DNA of 64,000 nucleotides from Tubulanus polymorphus (Eukaryota; Animalia; Nemertea): NCBI RefSeq assembly GCF_964204645.1, contig NC_134030.1, positions 19,180,210 to 19,244,209 of the forward strand, read 5' to 3'. Shown piece by piece: positions 63,756 to 64,000 of this stretch (position 1 is its first letter; each line of letters starts with the position of its first letter). The notes under the pieces were generated by a model. It saw only the letters and a program-made list of their open reading frames with translations, ran no database searches and was not told where the DNA came from. The position numbers and the translations under genes were made by a program.

Positions 63756-64000
63756 AATGAAAACGGCTCGCTGTCCATTACATCACCACCTCTATAAATC
63801 TTCATATGGCATCACCAGAGGGAATAAAGTAACCTGAATGCATAGCACCTAAATCCTAATTGATCCGATTTTTTAACTCCATACCTTCCACATCGTCAAC
63901 TACGTACACTCACGTTTGGCTTAAAGTCAATGCTCTTTAAAGCAATTCTTGGAAGGAATATTGGCTCTAAATCTCTTAGCTTACCAATTCCTGCTTTTAA

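Overview
AT-rich, intron-containing eukaryotic DNA, most likely from a marine invertebrate; the species cannot be named from sequence alone. The first ~23 kb is almost non-coding. It holds a tRNA-His gene, six initiator tRNA-Met genes plus one decayed relic, microsatellites, MITE-like elements and two Penelope-like termini carrying a minimal hammerhead-ribozyme motif. From ~31 kb to the end is a birth-and-death cluster of single-coding-exon rhodopsin-class GPCRs: five intact and five disrupted or fragmentary. Interleaved on the minus strand, and mostly missed by the ORF track because they are spliced, is a set of secreted-protein genes. Two are paralogous 64-aa precursors (signal, VRKVKR, then a 34-aa six-Cys peptide) that resemble sea-anemone APETx/BDS beta-defensin-fold toxins but have an altered Cys spacing. 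A third is a single-WSC-domain gene, apparently frameshifted, that uses a near-identical signal-peptide exon. The fourth is a divergent astacin metalloprotease. This candidate toxin/defence island, with one leader exon serving two unrelated payloads, is the most novel signal. All gene models were hand-spliced from GT-AG sites and reading-frame phase, and family assignments rest on recalled motifs, not database searches.
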